A DNA stretch of 24,606 nucleotides, taken from IMG/VR virus record IMGVR_UViG_3300030095_001178, positions 1 to 24,606 of that record; one strand, 5' to 3'. Below are positions 5,896-16,605 of the stretch, in pieces. Within the stretch, counting starts at the first letter, position 1; each line of letters begins with the position of its first letter. Below the pieces are notes generated by a model, which did not search any database, was not told the DNA's origin, and saw nothing but the letters and a program-made list of their open reading frames with translations. Origin of the DNA: a virus. Lineage: Duplodnaviria > Caudoviricetes. The translations under genes and the position numbers were made by a program.

Positions 5896-8800
5896 CTAAG
5901 GTGTTTGACTGTAGTAGTTATCTACAGGATTAAGTTTTGCTGCAGTCTTAGGAAAGGCTGCGGGGTTTACACGGGGATTGCCTTCTGCATCTACGTCTTC
6001 AAGGTCTGCCAGTCTGGCGTCTATATCGACAAAGTAAGACTCTAAAAGTTCTGCGCCTCTTGGTCCCATCCGTCCTAGTTCTGTAACGATAAATCCCTTT
6101 ACCATGTTATCAAACGTATCTAAGTCTGCTTTGGTCATTGACTTAGGGTTTTTCATCAAGCGCAACATCAGGTCTGCACCCTCTTTGTTTCCCGCAGCCA
6201 TCTTAACCATGTCAAGTCCAGCCTGACTAGCAAGGGATATGCCTATTTCAGCAGCCACGTACGTAGGACTGACCATGCCACGTGCAAGGTTAAAGGCACG
6301 AGACACAAGCTGATTCGGTCCCATAGGACGCATGATGTTTCCTATTTTTCCGACTAGGGCAGCGTCGTCTCCACTAAATCCACCACTAGGACTAGCAGAC
6401 TGTGACATTAGTATGGCAATGTCTCGCAGGTATTCTTGGTGGTCTGCATCCATGAATTTGTCAAGAACCGCCGTAGCGTCTGGGTTTGATCCGTCAAACA
6501 ACTTAACAAGCTTTTCGGGGTTGTACATAACTTCATTCGCGTACTTCTCTCCGTTCATGCCCGTGGACATTCTACCCGCTACAGGAGCAGTGCCTCCTAA
6601 CTCTAACAGACCGTCAAGGATTAAATTCTTCATACCCTTGTCTATCGTCTCTGCAGTGTTTAAAACTACATCAGGCTGTCCCTCTACTTTTACAGTAAAG
6701 GTTGGTCCTAGTTTAAGCAAAAGCGTTTCACGAAGTCTGTCCATTTTGTCAGGGGTTCCTCGTAAAACGTAATCTTCAAGAAAAGCACCGGGAGTAGTTC
6801 GCTTTATTACGTTGAAAATTTCAGCAACGCCTAAGTCTCCCTGTATAGCTTGCCCCCGTCCAGCCCTTGATATGAGCCTATCCAGTTGACTAGCTATAGT
6901 CTGTTGATAGTCATCCAACTTTTGCATGTTAAAGTTTTCATCTTGAATTAACCTGTGAATGCCTCGTTGTTCTTCAGCCATTTCAGTTAAATCAATTAGC
7001 GGAACACGCTTAATGAGGCTAGGATTATCTGGGTCTGAACCGCGAACAGCAACAGTTAACGCTTCTTGTAGGCTATTTATTCTATCTATGTTGCCAAAGT
7101 TGTATCCACCCGTCTGCGCTGTTTTTACATCTTGGGCTACGGTAGTATCCCCAAGCTTTTCTAGTGTTCTTACCCCCCACTTAGCGTATACTAACTCTGT
7201 CAAAACAGACTGCATTAGCGCGAGTTTTTCGGAACCAGTATCGGTGTTTATGTTAAATACAGACCCACTAACTTCGTCGCTAAACTCTTGAGTAATCTCA
7301 TCCATTATGGATACTATTTTCTTTACTGCTTTTTCGGGATCGGCAGAGGATAAAGCTTTATCTATTTGATCCACAAACGGATCGAACGAGTCGTACGGTG
7401 TAGTTCCCTTGTAGGCTACAGAGTGCATAGAAGATGCTAAAGTGCCCTCTGGTATTGTTTCTCCTATACCAAATTCTTCTAAGAATTTTCCTTCACCCTT
7501 CTCAACTTTAGCTGTTTCTTTTATGTCCCCTGTTTGACTTTTGTGTACGGCTGCAAAGGGACCACCCACTCTAACCCTATCAAACCATTCTGTTTTGTAT
7601 ATTGTCTGCGCCTTTTTCCACTCCGCATGTAACTCTGGGGCTTGTTTTCTTACAACATCAGAAACGCTGTCAGCAAATTCCTTATAGGTATTGGCCAAAC
7701 CGTCGTCGTTAATACGAACTGCGTAGTCTCTAAACGCGGCGTAAACGTCCATTACTTCTCCGGGAGTAGCAACTAATCCCTTAAATGTAGTGCCCTCTTT
7801 ACTTTGCCAGTACATAGCAATATCCAGTGGTTTAGGATTTTCTCCTAAAAAATGTTCTGATTTAGGGTTGGTAGCCATAGTCACTAGATGATCATACGAT
7901 ACTCCCTCCATGCTTTTCAAAGAGTTCACAGCTATGCGATTCATAGCAGTGTACGCTTTTTTACCTAGTGTACCCAAAAAGAACTGTGAGTCTTTTGCAA
8001 AAAACCTAGCGAATTCCATCCCCGCATCAGGAGAGTAGCCCTTCAAAGTAGTCACCATTTCGGAAATATCTATTGTTGCACCCATTTCCCCAGCCATAGC
8101 ATCAACTTTTTTAAAGCCGCGTTTTGCTCGCTTTCTTGATGCAGATAAATGATTGTGCATCATTGCTTCTACGGTTCTGGCAGTCATGCGTTGGTGAAGC
8201 GCAGAATCATTTCGATAGTCTTTTAGGGCTGTTGCTCTTTCTGTTAACAACCTACGAGATTCAGCAGCTAGTTCTGCGTGTCTTTTTGCAGCGTCTATCA
8301 AGCCCTCCCCAGAAGCGTCTGTGCCTCTAGTTAAACTAAGTTCCAAATCAACTTGATGGGAGTTAAGAACTTCTGTCACGTTAGCTGGCATTTCAGCAGT
8401 GGGATCAGCAAGCACAGCTTTTCTGTACTCTTGTATCTGCTGTATTACCCTTTCGCGGTTATCCGCTACCATTTCTTCTTGTTTTACAAGACTGGTTTTT
8501 AACGCATCAGTAAAATCTAAAAGTTCTTGCATGTTAGAAGGGTCAGACGGCTGTGTTCCTCCAAATGGTCCTCGTTCCATCTTAGCCCGTTCTTCAAGCT
8601 TTTGAATCATCTTCTTGTTAGCATCAAGACCTTTTATTTGTGCAAGTGCAGTCCCCGTCAGTTCAGACACTTTTTCTAAAGATTTAGCGTCTCGTGCGTC
8701 GAGCGTAAAACTGCTAAGTTGTAAGGCAGACTGCATCCACACCATTCCGGATTGGTGTGCAAAAGTCTCTCGTAAGTCTTGAGCCATCAGGGATCGTTCG

Positions 8801-10977
8801 CTGTACTCTATCCCGTCTGCGTTTACTTTAATTGTGTCATCAAACAAACTTAAAATCCTGTTTGTTCGTTCGTTGAAATCAGTCATGGAGTCTACGACTT
8901 GATCCCGCGCTTCGTCTGTCATTGACTTAGATACTTCGCCCAAATACTTTAAAGAGCGTCTAGATTTTGCATCTAGTTCATTTCCTGTTGCGCCTTTGTA
9001 CCACTTTGCGTAAGCGTCTATGTCTTGATCTGCAAAGAAACCTTTTAGTCTTACACGTCCTCCCGTTATACCTGCTACACTAGCGTCAGCTAAACTATCA
9101 AAGAAGTTTAATCCTTTATTAAAAATATCCCCAGCCTGTTGATTTGCCCAATACGCACCCTTTCCAAGAAGAGTGGTACTAAACTTTCCTACAGTCAAAG
9201 CAAACAAACCCCCAATGCCCTCTGCAGCAAGTCTGTCCCCTCCAAAAGTATCAGTCATGTATTCACCTGATGCGTACATAATTAGGGATACAGGCACGGC
9301 TTCTACGAAGTTTTCTTTAAGTTGAGGAAGAACTCTTCCTGTAAGGTATTTGTTGACAGTTGTGTTAGTAAGAGAGTTCCACTCTAATTCTAAATTTCTG
9401 TATTCAGAAGAGTTTACATCAATCCCCTGCATACGCATGGCCTTTAGTCTTTGGGATATGTCGTCCCTTTGAGCCGCAAGTCTCGTAAAGTTAGCGTCTA
9501 CTCTGTCCATACCCATAGCGTATACTAGAGATTTTTCGTTAACTTTTCCTATTAACTTTTCTGCTTGTAGTATCCGGGCTTGTTGAAGTTCATTTTTACC
9601 CAAAAGCCTAGCCGCTAAAGCTTTGTCTGACTCTGATGCGTTTGCTTTTTTGCCCCTGTCAATTATTTTTTGTACAATAGGCAGCATTTTTTTCTGGGTT
9701 GCTCTTCCCGACGCCAACTTTACTTTGCCCACACCCATTGCGCCCGCAACAGATTCAAGTAAAACAGATGCGTACTGTTCACTGTCTGTTAAATTCTTTA
9801 AAGAATCGTTAAGTAAAGACTGGGCTAACTCTTCGTTTATAAATACTCTTTGTAACTTTTCAGTGCTGCCATCTGGGGCTTGTACTGTTTGAGTGACTAT
9901 TCTGTCGTAGTCTTCTTGGGTAATGTCTCCGTCTTTTAGTTGTTGGTCTAGAGATTCACGAACCATGTCGTTCATAACGCCCGACAGTTGTTTTATACCC
10001 AGTGTTCCTTCCGCTATGTTTTGACTCCACCAGTTTTTAGCTTGAGCGCGAACCTCTGCTGTATCTTTCCATTGTTCTATAAATCCTCTAAATTTTCTAT
10101 CTGTAAGCGCAGCAGCTATACCAGACCCAGCAGTTTGTATTGCAGCACTAGTTGCCTGTAAGCCGTAGTTAATTATTGTACCGGGCAAAAAGTCAAAAGC
10201 ACCTCTTAGTGCCCCGTCGTTAAACTTTTCAATCGTAGTGTCCCAGAATTTACCGTTGGACAGCCCGCGTATGAACACGTTTTCAACTCGTTTTTGATCG
10301 TCAAGGTCTAGCCCAGTGTTTTGAAATCTATCTCGTACGACGCTGGCTATAGCCGCTTTACCTCTGAATATGTTTTCTTGTACACTGTACAGCTTAGAAT
10401 CTTCACCGGCAGAAACAGCTTGTTCTGTTGGGGCAAACTCAAACTTTCCGGGAGATGCTTCTTTTCCAAAAGTTACAAACTGACGGGGCTTATCTTGTTG
10501 ATCTACGTATTGTATGTAGGCGTTGTCTATCAGCCTTGTAGCTAGTTGCTTAGATGTAGGAGGAGCATTAGCGTTTTCCAACGCACGAATATTGCCCAAC
10601 ATAGCCTCACGATTAATTTGACCTACACTTTTAATTTGACCAGATTTGACTTGTGCTTTGAACTCATCTATGGATAGGGGTCTTTGTTGCTCTTGTATGC
10701 TCTGTTCAGCCATTTCCCCGGTGGTTAACAACTTGCCTTCTTCTGTTAGTTCGTAGGGTTCATCCTCTCCCATGCCCTTTTTGCCAACAATGCCCGCCCC
10801 TTCTACAACATCTGACGGTACCTTTAACAGCTTTGACTTACGAGGATCAATAGCAGAAACAACATCTGACATACCAGCAGTGTTTACTGTCTCCGGAAGA
10901 TTATCTACGTCAATCTCTTTCGGTTCAGGCTTTGTTTGCTGATTCGTAATTTCATTATTCATTAGGGCATTAGCCAT
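5896..10977 (-). CDS. large internal virion / DNA ejection protein (1693 aa)
   Basis: Very long ORF with helical-type composition and Gly/Ala-rich hydrophobic stretches. It is the last large gene after the tail genes, like T7 gp16-type ejection proteins. Function is inferred from position. Confidence 0.6.
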   Translation of the reverse strand: MANALMNNEITNQQTKPEPKEIDVDNLPETVNTAGMSDVVSAIDPRKSKLLKVPSDVVEGAGIVGKKGMGEDEPYELTEEGKLLTTGEMAEQSIQEQQRPLSIDEFKAQVKSGQIKSVGQINREAMLGNIRALENANAPPTSKQLATRLIDNAYIQYVDQQDKPRQFVTFGKEASPGKFEFAPTEQAVSAGEDSKLYSVQENIFRGKAAIASVVRDRFQNTGLDLDDQKRVENVFIRGLSNGKFWDTTIEKFNDGALRGAFDFLPGTIINYGLQATSAAIQTAGSGIAAALTDRKFRGFIEQWKDTAEVRAQAKNWWSQNIAEGTLGIKQLSGVMNDMVRESLDQQLKDGDITQEDYDRIVTQTVQAPDGSTEKLQRVFINEELAQSLLNDSLKNLTDSEQYASVLLESVAGAMGVGKVKLASGRATQKKMLPIVQKIIDRGKKANASESDKALAARLLGKNELQQARILQAEKLIGKVNEKSLVYAMGMDRVDANFTRLAAQRDDISQRLKAMRMQGIDVNSSEYRNLELEWNSLTNTTVNKYLTGRVLPQLKENFVEAVPVSLIMYASGEYMTDTFGGDRLAAEGIGGLFALTVGKFSTTLLGKGAYWANQQAGDIFNKGLNFFDSLADASVAGITGGRVRLKGFFADQDIDAYAKWYKGATGNELDAKSRRSLKYLGEVSKSMTDEARDQVVDSMTDFNERTNRILSLFDDTIKVNADGIEYSERSLMAQDLRETFAHQSGMVWMQSALQLSSFTLDARDAKSLEKVSELTGTALAQIKGLDANKKMIQKLEERAKMERGPFGGTQPSDPSNMQELLDFTDALKTSLVKQEEMVADNRERVIQQIQEYRKAVLADPTAEMPANVTEVLNSHQVDLELSLTRGTDASGEGLIDAAKRHAELAAESRRLLTERATALKDYRNDSALHQRMTARTVEAMMHNHLSASRKRAKRGFKKVDAMAGEMGATIDISEMVTTLKGYSPDAGMEFARFFAKDSQFFLGTLGKKAYTAMNRIAVNSLKSMEGVSYDHLVTMATNPKSEHFLGENPKPLDIAMYWQSKEGTTFKGLVATPGEVMDVYAAFRDYAVRINDDGLANTYKEFADSVSDVVRKQAPELHAEWKKAQTIYKTEWFDRVRVGGPFAAVHKSQTGDIKETAKVEKGEGKFLEEFGIGETIPEGTLASSMHSVAYKGTTPYDSFDPFVDQIDKALSSADPEKAVKKIVSIMDEITQEFSDEVSGSVFNINTDTGSEKLALMQSVLTELVYAKWGVRTLEKLGDTTVAQDVKTAQTGGYNFGNIDRINSLQEALTVAVRGSDPDNPSLIKRVPLIDLTEMAEEQRGIHRLIQDENFNMQKLDDYQQTIASQLDRLISRAGRGQAIQGDLGVAEIFNVIKRTTPGAFLEDYVLRGTPDKMDRLRETLLLKLGPTFTVKVEGQPDVVLNTAETIDKGMKNLILDGLLELGGTAPVAGRMSTGMNGEKYANEVMYNPEKLVKLFDGSNPDATAVLDKFMDADHQEYLRDIAILMSQSASPSGGFSGDDAALVGKIGNIMRPMGPNQLVSRAFNLARGMVSPTYVAAEIGISLASQAGLDMVKMAAGNKEGADLMLRLMKNPKSMTKADLDTFDNMVKGFIVTELGRMGPRGAELLESYFVDIDARLADLEDVDAEGNPRVNPAAFPKTAAKLNPVDNYYSQTP

Positions 10978-10989
10978 CAGTATGAATCC

Positions 10990-13164
10990 TTACGGGGCTT
11001 GAATTTTAGTACGACTAGAACGCATCTTGTTAGTTTCGTAGTTTCCTATCCGTTCGATCAAAGCTTTAAGAGCATCTCCGGTCAAAGGAACGCCGTTCTC
11101 ATCCGTAGGAGGCATGTGTGTTAAATAGTCGTACACTTTAATATCTCCTGTATCTTCGTCTGCAAACATATCAAATCTATCGTACAAATCACCACCAAAT
11201 TCAATCGTCATGGGACCAAAATCATACGGTTGATCTGAAGAGGCTCCTGCGGATGGTGATGTTGGTATGTTTGAGTTTCTGCGTATGTAGTCTACGGCTA
11301 TAGCTGCATCAACAACCATGTAGTCTCTTTTTGTAGCTTTGTCTTGACTGTTTGCGTACGAAGCTATTATTTTGTACTGTTCTTCTTTTGCTTTAAATTC
11401 CTTTATAGCTACACTTATGGCAGCGCGGGCTTGATCTATAGTCTGCCAGTCTGAACCCAACTTTTTAAGCTGTTGCTCAATATCTTGGTTAGACAAACGT
11501 CCAGAGGGATCAGCGGCACGAGCCATACGAAACGCAAGAGATATACGCATGGCTTCTAGCTGTGCGTACTGTTCGCCTTTTCCAATGCCTTCTCCACGTT
11601 TTTTTGCGGCTTCAACTCGTCTGTTTAACTCTGCGCTGTATTCGGTAGTAAGATTCTTTTTATCGTTTAAATCAAGAGTGCCCGCTTCTGTAACAACAAG
11701 TCCTGCAACATCTCTTATAAGTCCACCAAACACACCCTTATTTATATCGAATATAGCTTCTAGTTTAGCTTTAAAGGCGTCGTAGGCTAGTGGTGTAGAT
11801 GCCTCGCCACCCTTTTCTTCTGCGATTTTTAACTCTAGAAATTTTTTATCTAATTCTTCTAGGTCTTTTGACGTGCCCGCTAACTCAAATTGAGCATCTG
11901 TAAACTGTTTAAAGTTTGCTGTTTTGGCCTTTTCTTCTCCAAAGATTTTTCTCAACACATACTTTTGGATGGTGTCTGTTTCTTCACTTTGCATAGCACC
12001 CCATACTTTTGGTTTCTTTTGGTCAGTGTCCGGAGGGGACATGTATGCAACCAAAGCAAACATTTGCTGTTCAAAATCATCTGAATCTACAGACTGTTTG
12101 ATTTTATCGTAGGCGTTTTGTATGCCCGCGTCGTCCAGTGTGTACAAACCCTGTACAGTGTCGGGATCAAGTGTGTCAATGTTTCTGTATATCATGCCTA
12201 GCTTAACAGCACCCAACAAGGCGTTCTTTTGTTCCTCAAGTGTTATGTCAGGGAGTTTCATAAAATCTCTCTGCCAGTGAAGCATCAAAGCCATAGGGGT
12301 AGTGTTAAGATTGTCAGCAATAATTTTTAACTGGGCACGTTGTGCATCTCCCGAAAGAAGAAGAACACTATGACCCTGTGTGCCATCTTTTTGAATTCCA
12401 TATGCACCCACAGAGTCGGGGCTTTCTCCGTTGTTGCGCTTTGCATACGCTGTTGCAACGCCCTGAATCATGGTTTCATCTTGATCTGCTACGTCTTTTC
12501 CGTCAGTAACTAGCGGCGCATTTCCAAATCTTTGTTGTTTGTACTGATCTAAGTAGTGAAGGCCACCGTAGTTATCTGAAAACTCTCCGTTTGGTCCGGG
12601 GGCTATCATGCCGTACCCGATAACATCAGGCATAGTCCAGTTATCTCCGCTAGACTTTGCACTGCCGTCAATAATAGCACTTCGGGCTGATCCCATAGAA
12701 CTGTACAGGCGAGTAAATTCTGTGTCTGTCATGGCATCTAGTTTTTCGTCTATATTACTATCATTTACCCAACCAGTAAGTTCAGACAAAAATAAACGAG
12801 AACTTTTTGCGTCCCCTGTCCACTTTGTTTGAAAAGATATACCGCCAATTTTTGTTCCGGTCTTTGCTACGTTATTCATAATTCCTTGCATTTGAGAAAC
12901 GTCTAAGTCAATTTCGTCAGTTCTAGTGCCCCAAATGTCAATGGGCTTACGGTCCTTTACTTCTGATCTTGCGGAGGTAATTAACTCTTGCAGCTTGTCT
13001 CCTGCGGCAGCATTGTAGTCTTCCCCGCCAGTTAGCTGTGCTTGAAGAAGCATATCCTCCACAGCATCAATGCGTTGATCTCCATCTAGCCTTCTTTGTT
13101 CTTCTTTTGCTATATTGTTTTGAAAGCCTTGAACAAGGCCCATAGCTAGTGACACACCAATCAT
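10990..13164 (-). CDS. probable internal virion / DNA transfer protein (724 aa)
   Basis: N-terminal Gly-rich amphipathic segment; LAFRMARAADPSGRLSNQDIE motif resembling podovirus injection proteins; lies directly before the largest gene. Confidence 0.6.
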   Translation of the reverse strand: MIGVSLAMGLVQGFQNNIAKEEQRRLDGDQRIDAVEDMLLQAQLTGGEDYNAAAGDKLQELITSARSEVKDRKPIDIWGTRTDEIDLDVSQMQGIMNNVAKTGTKIGGISFQTKWTGDAKSSRLFLSELTGWVNDSNIDEKLDAMTDTEFTRLYSSMGSARSAIIDGSAKSSGDNWTMPDVIGYGMIAPGPNGEFSDNYGGLHYLDQYKQQRFGNAPLVTDGKDVADQDETMIQGVATAYAKRNNGESPDSVGAYGIQKDGTQGHSVLLLSGDAQRAQLKIIADNLNTTPMALMLHWQRDFMKLPDITLEEQKNALLGAVKLGMIYRNIDTLDPDTVQGLYTLDDAGIQNAYDKIKQSVDSDDFEQQMFALVAYMSPPDTDQKKPKVWGAMQSEETDTIQKYVLRKIFGEEKAKTANFKQFTDAQFELAGTSKDLEELDKKFLELKIAEEKGGEASTPLAYDAFKAKLEAIFDINKGVFGGLIRDVAGLVVTEAGTLDLNDKKNLTTEYSAELNRRVEAAKKRGEGIGKGEQYAQLEAMRISLAFRMARAADPSGRLSNQDIEQQLKKLGSDWQTIDQARAAISVAIKEFKAKEEQYKIIASYANSQDKATKRDYMVVDAAIAVDYIRRNSNIPTSPSAGASSDQPYDFGPMTIEFGGDLYDRFDMFADEDTGDIKVYDYLTHMPPTDENGVPLTGDALKALIERIGNYETNKMRSSRTKIQAP

Positions 13165-13165
13165 G

Positions 13166-13732
13166 TTAAGACCTTTCCTCTTCGGGGGTAGCTTGTGCGT
13201 TCAAAAAGTTTTCGGGTTCTGGTGGCTTTGGAGCGTACCCTTTTCGAATATCTTCGTTAACTTTCTCACGAATAAATTCAAACATAGCTGGGTTGTTGTC
13301 CTTCATCATTGTAAAGAAGGTTTCTTCGTCCATTACACCCTCGTCCAATTCGGCATCGTTTTCAAAAAAGCGGTACGGGGTGTTTGTTTCCTCTGCCATA
13401 TTTGCCATGTACATAGCCAGTGGCCCCTTAATAAGAAGTCCCACGTCAGGGGTGAATATACCGTTTTGAAACTGTTGAAGTATGTAACCCTCTACCAGTG
13501 CTTCGATGGATGCTCCCACTGCAAGAAGCTTTAACAACTCTCGTTTTGTTTTCTTTACTTCAAGAGTAGATACGGCCTGTTCCATAGCCTGTTCAGGATC
13601 AACAATCTGCGGGGGTTGTCCCCACGGCCACCGTTCGTTATCAAGGGTCAAGCCGTAACCAGCAGGAGCCATTCCAAACTCATCTTTGGCTTCTATACTA
13701 CCTACTTGTGGGGCATTTTCGTTGACAATCAT
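13166..13732 (-). CDS. hypothetical virion-module protein (188 aa)
   Basis: Tightly packed ORF in the operon; WPWGQPPQ..DPEQA and FTPDVGLL segments. Confidence 0.75.
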   Translation of the reverse strand: MIVNENAPQVGSIEAKDEFGMAPAGYGLTLDNERWPWGQPPQIVDPEQAMEQAVSTLEVKKTKRELLKLLAVGASIEALVEGYILQQFQNGIFTPDVGLLIKGPLAMYMANMAEETNTPYRFFENDAELDEGVMDEETFFTMMKDNNPAMFEFIREKVNEDIRKGYAPKPPEPENFLNAQATPEEERS

Positions 13733-13738
13733 ACCGTG

Positions 13739-14221
13739 CTATCCTACTTCGGTTGTTTTAACTTTAATGTTAGGTCTGCCACCTGTTAGGTTAGGGGTAA
13801 CCATGTACTCTCGCAGCATACGCTGCACTTGTGAGTTGGCTGCATTTTGTGCAAGGCTACTAAATGCTGTTTGTACTTGTGGCATGTTAAACACAGGATT
13901 TGACATGGCTGTCATCTGTACTCCGCGATTGGGATTGCCACGAGTAAGCTGGGCTATTGATCTATTTTGTCTAGGAGTTGGGGCTTGAAACATAGGTGCC
14001 CGATTTCCTTCCTTATCTGATGTAGACTCAATGTATGCTTTTCCAGCGTCAACAGCGACTTTGCCCAGATCACTGCCAAAAATGCTGTCTAAAAATCCGC
14101 TGCTTTTTTTTCGTGTAAATTTGTTTTTACCAAGTGTTTGAGTTGCGGCTTCAGTCCCACCACCTCCAACGGTTGCTGCCAAAACAGGAAGAGCGATTGC
14201 AAGTATAGTTCCTAGATTCAT
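13739..14221 (-). CDS. probable small internal virion protein with hydrophobic N-terminus (160 aa)
   Basis: MNLGTILAIALPVLAATVGGGG start; GGGAG RBS upstream; position similar to gp14-like small ejection proteins. Confidence 0.65.
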   Translation of the reverse strand: MNLGTILAIALPVLAATVGGGGTEAATQTLGKNKFTRKKSSGFLDSIFGSDLGKVAVDAGKAYIESTSDKEGNRAPMFQAPTPRQNRSIAQLTRGNPNRGVQMTAMSNPVFNMPQVQTAFSSLAQNAANSQVQRMLREYMVTPNLTGGRPNIKVKTTEVG

Positions 14222-14225
14222 TTAA

Positions 14226-15680
14226 TTAACTCCCTCTGTTTCCTACCCACGTTGCAATCCAGTTGCCGATACCTGCAGCCAGCGCATCCTTTTGTTGTTG
14301 GGTGTACAACTCTTTGGTGTTAGCAAACTCCATAGCCATAATGCCGACTTCGTGTTGTCGTTGCAGAGTTGACTCACTTTTTTGAAAGTTCCACGCAGCG
14401 TTGTCACGGTACTTTTGCCACAAGTTATTTAGTGCGCTTTGCGTAACATTCAACTGGTTTTGCACGTTGATTCTGTTTGTTTCGTTTTGGACAGCAGTGT
14501 TTGCGGTGTTTACTTGTCTACGCCACTGTACGTTTGACTGATCAATAGCGTATCTCATGTTGGCGTTAAACTTATCACGAGAGTCGCGCATGGTGGCGTT
14601 GAATTGATTCATAGCGTTTCTTTCACCAGCATTAAACTGGCGCATGGCTGCTACTCTGTTTGAGTTTGCAGTTTCTACCTGTGACTCTAATTCAGAAAAG
14701 AATTCTTCTACTTGTAATTCGTTTTTGGCGTTAAACTGTTTACGAGCGTTGTCCTCTGCAGCGTCTTTGAACATGGCCTGTGTCAAAGCGTTGTACGACA
14801 GGGTGTTGCCCTGTTGTCTAGCGTCAAGGTTTTTTGTTTCAACGGCTAAAAGAGATTGTGCATTTGTTACCGCTCCTTGTAGTCTAGCAGACAAGTTTGC
14901 TTTGTCCATACCGGCTACAACGGCAGCATTTTGTAAAACTGTTTTCTGTTGGTTGTTTAAGTTTTGAAGTTGAATTGTTGCATATTTGTTTGCGTCTTGG
15001 CTGGCAATAACAATACCAGACTCCATAACAGCCTGTGTCATTGCGGCTGCAGCCATTGACGACGCACCCAATCCTCGTGCTTGCATCACACCGGCTACTT
15101 TGCGGACTGCAGGTGCAGCCCACGGGGGCATGGGTTTGCCCTCTTCAATGCTGCCTAGCAACTCGCCCAGTTGGTACTGGACTGTAGCCCGTTGATCTAG
15201 TTCTTGTGTAGCAGCTACAGCTTGTGATCCAGCAGACACAGTGCCTTCTACCTGCGCCATATCAATCTGTGGACGACGGGCGTCTTCTATTTGGGCAGCA
15301 GTCATGGGAGCAACACCGGGTGCAACCTGTGTAGTAGCAGCTATTTGCCCAACGTCGGAATCAGGTCTAGTCGGTGTGTCAGTTACTACAGACCCAGCAC
15401 TGTCGCCAATCGGACCGGGAAACATTAAATTTTGACTAAGAACCCCCGGTTCACGACGTAAAGCAAAAGCGAAAGGATTACCCGTTATACTTGCTGTGTT
15501 TGTTCCCGCTTGGGGAGGAAAACCCGTAAGAACACTGCCATCAGTGCTTTGCATTTCTCCGGGAGTAATTTGTTGTTCTACTGCCTCAACGTACGGAGTG
15601 CCGCCCTGCTCTCCGGCGGCAAGCTTCCCCATCTCATCCATCAAATCTTTATCAGTGGATACCTTATTTGCTTGCGCCAT
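14226..15680 (-). CDS. probable internal virion / pilot-like protein, Q/N/A-rich coiled coil (484 aa)
   Basis: PPWAAPAVR..M.ARGLGASSMAAAAM segment, repeated QFNA/KFNA units and a hydrophobic C-terminal tail. Confidence 0.65.
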   Translation of the reverse strand: MAQANKVSTDKDLMDEMGKLAAGEQGGTPYVEAVEQQITPGEMQSTDGSVLTGFPPQAGTNTASITGNPFAFALRREPGVLSQNLMFPGPIGDSAGSVVTDTPTRPDSDVGQIAATTQVAPGVAPMTAAQIEDARRPQIDMAQVEGTVSAGSQAVAATQELDQRATVQYQLGELLGSIEEGKPMPPWAAPAVRKVAGVMQARGLGASSMAAAAMTQAVMESGIVIASQDANKYATIQLQNLNNQQKTVLQNAAVVAGMDKANLSARLQGAVTNAQSLLAVETKNLDARQQGNTLSYNALTQAMFKDAAEDNARKQFNAKNELQVEEFFSELESQVETANSNRVAAMRQFNAGERNAMNQFNATMRDSRDKFNANMRYAIDQSNVQWRRQVNTANTAVQNETNRINVQNQLNVTQSALNNLWQKYRDNAAWNFQKSESTLQRQHEVGIMAMEFANTKELYTQQQKDALAAGIGNWIATWVGNRGS

Positions 15681-15683
15681 TGT

Positions 15684-15884
15684 TTATCCTAACTTCATTA
15701 CAACTGTAATAATCATAGCCACCACACCTATCGTAGACGCCATTATCAACGCCTCTAGTCGCCACATACGCTTGTCTAAACCCTCTAGTTTTTCTTGCAC
15801 AGCAGCGTACCTGATGGCACACTCTTTTTCGTGTGCTTCAAGTTCCATCTGTGTTTTGAGTACGGGTTCCATTGACATCTTCAT
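15684..15884 (-). CDS. small coiled-coil plus C-terminal TM protein (XhlA/holin-like)
   Basis: HEKECAIRY..LEGLDKRMWRLE coiled coil followed by the hydrophobic ALIMASTIGVVAMIITVVM. Confidence 0.6.
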   Translation of the reverse strand: MKMSMEPVLKTQMELEAHEKECAIRYAAVQEKLEGLDKRMWRLEALIMASTIGVVAMIITVVMKLG

Positions 15885-15889
15885 CTTTG

Positions 15890-16237
15890 CTACCAGCCAG
15901 AGGGTGTGCCAGTGAGGATTGTTGGTGTTTTCTGTTCTGTAATAACTGCGTCAAGTTTTGTTTTTACTTGATCTTCTGTTTCACCCAAATCAGCAAGAAC
16001 TTTTGCCTTACACCAATCTTTTGTAATTGAATTGAAGGCTGTAAATGATACACCAGATTCTTGTGCTACACCTGTTGCACCGTAGCGTTTTGCCCTCAAC
16101 CAGTTGCCCTCACTGTCTTTATCACTGTCAGAAACAGCCTCTACAATCCAATGAATTGTCTTAATAACGTCAGAGTTACCGCCTTCTGATGCTACCCTTT
16201 CAAGAGTTGGATATGTCCATGTGTAACTGTTTGCCAT
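15890..16237 (-). CDS. tail-fibre-associated hypothetical protein (115 aa)
   Basis: Start moved to MANSYTW (ATG 16237, GGAG at 16245-16248); IHW, FTAFNSIT and terminal GTPSGW. Confidence 0.7.
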   Translation of the reverse strand: MANSYTWTYPTLERVASEGGNSDVIKTIHWIVEAVSDSDKDSEGNWLRAKRYGATGVAQESGVSFTAFNSITKDWCKAKVLADLGETEDQVKTKLDAVITEQKTPTILTGTPSGW

Positions 16238-16239
16238 CT

Positions 16240-16605
16240 TTAATCTCCGTAGGGGCTTGCGCCAAGCAGTGTGGTATCCCACGCAGCTTTCAGCTTTGCA
16301 ATCGTATCAGCATTTGTTATAGCGGCAGCAGAGGGTGCATCACGCAGCTTTTGCTTTTCAGTAACAATAGCTGTCGTATCTGAACTGGTTTCTAATGCCC
16401 TCATATAAGCAGTATCTTGGGCTTCAAGAAGAGGCTTTCTAGCTATGCGTATCTGTTCCTTAAACAACGTCTTTGCTACAGACAGGTCTTCTGTAATTGT
16501 CGTGCCACTCAATGACCATGCGTCACGAAAGTGCCTGTCACTTGGCACAGTCGCTGATGCAGAATCTATAGTGTTTGCATCTTTATCTACAATGGTTCGT
16601 GTCAT
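16240..16605 (-). CDS. probable tail fibre assembly chaperone (121 aa)
   Basis: IR.AR.PLL...D..YM.ALE...KQ.LRDAP pattern of phage tail assembly chaperones; downstream of the fibre gene. Confidence 0.65.
   Translation of the reverse strand: MTRTIVDKDANTIDSASATVPSDRHFRDAWSLSGTTITEDLSVAKTLFKEQIRIARKPLLEAQDTAYMRALETSSDTTAIVTEKQKLRDAPSAAAITNADTIAKLKAAWDTTLLGASPYGD

Noticed and set aside
13178-13189. Small CCTC-TTCG-GGGG hairpin
   Set aside because: The stem is only 4 bp, has no U-tract, and forms on the non-coding strand; probably chance.
14104-14111. A8 run (- strand) as a programmed frameshift or slippage site
   Set aside because: It is explained by Arg-Lys-Lys-Ser codons, the ORF is intact, and I saw no stimulatory structure.
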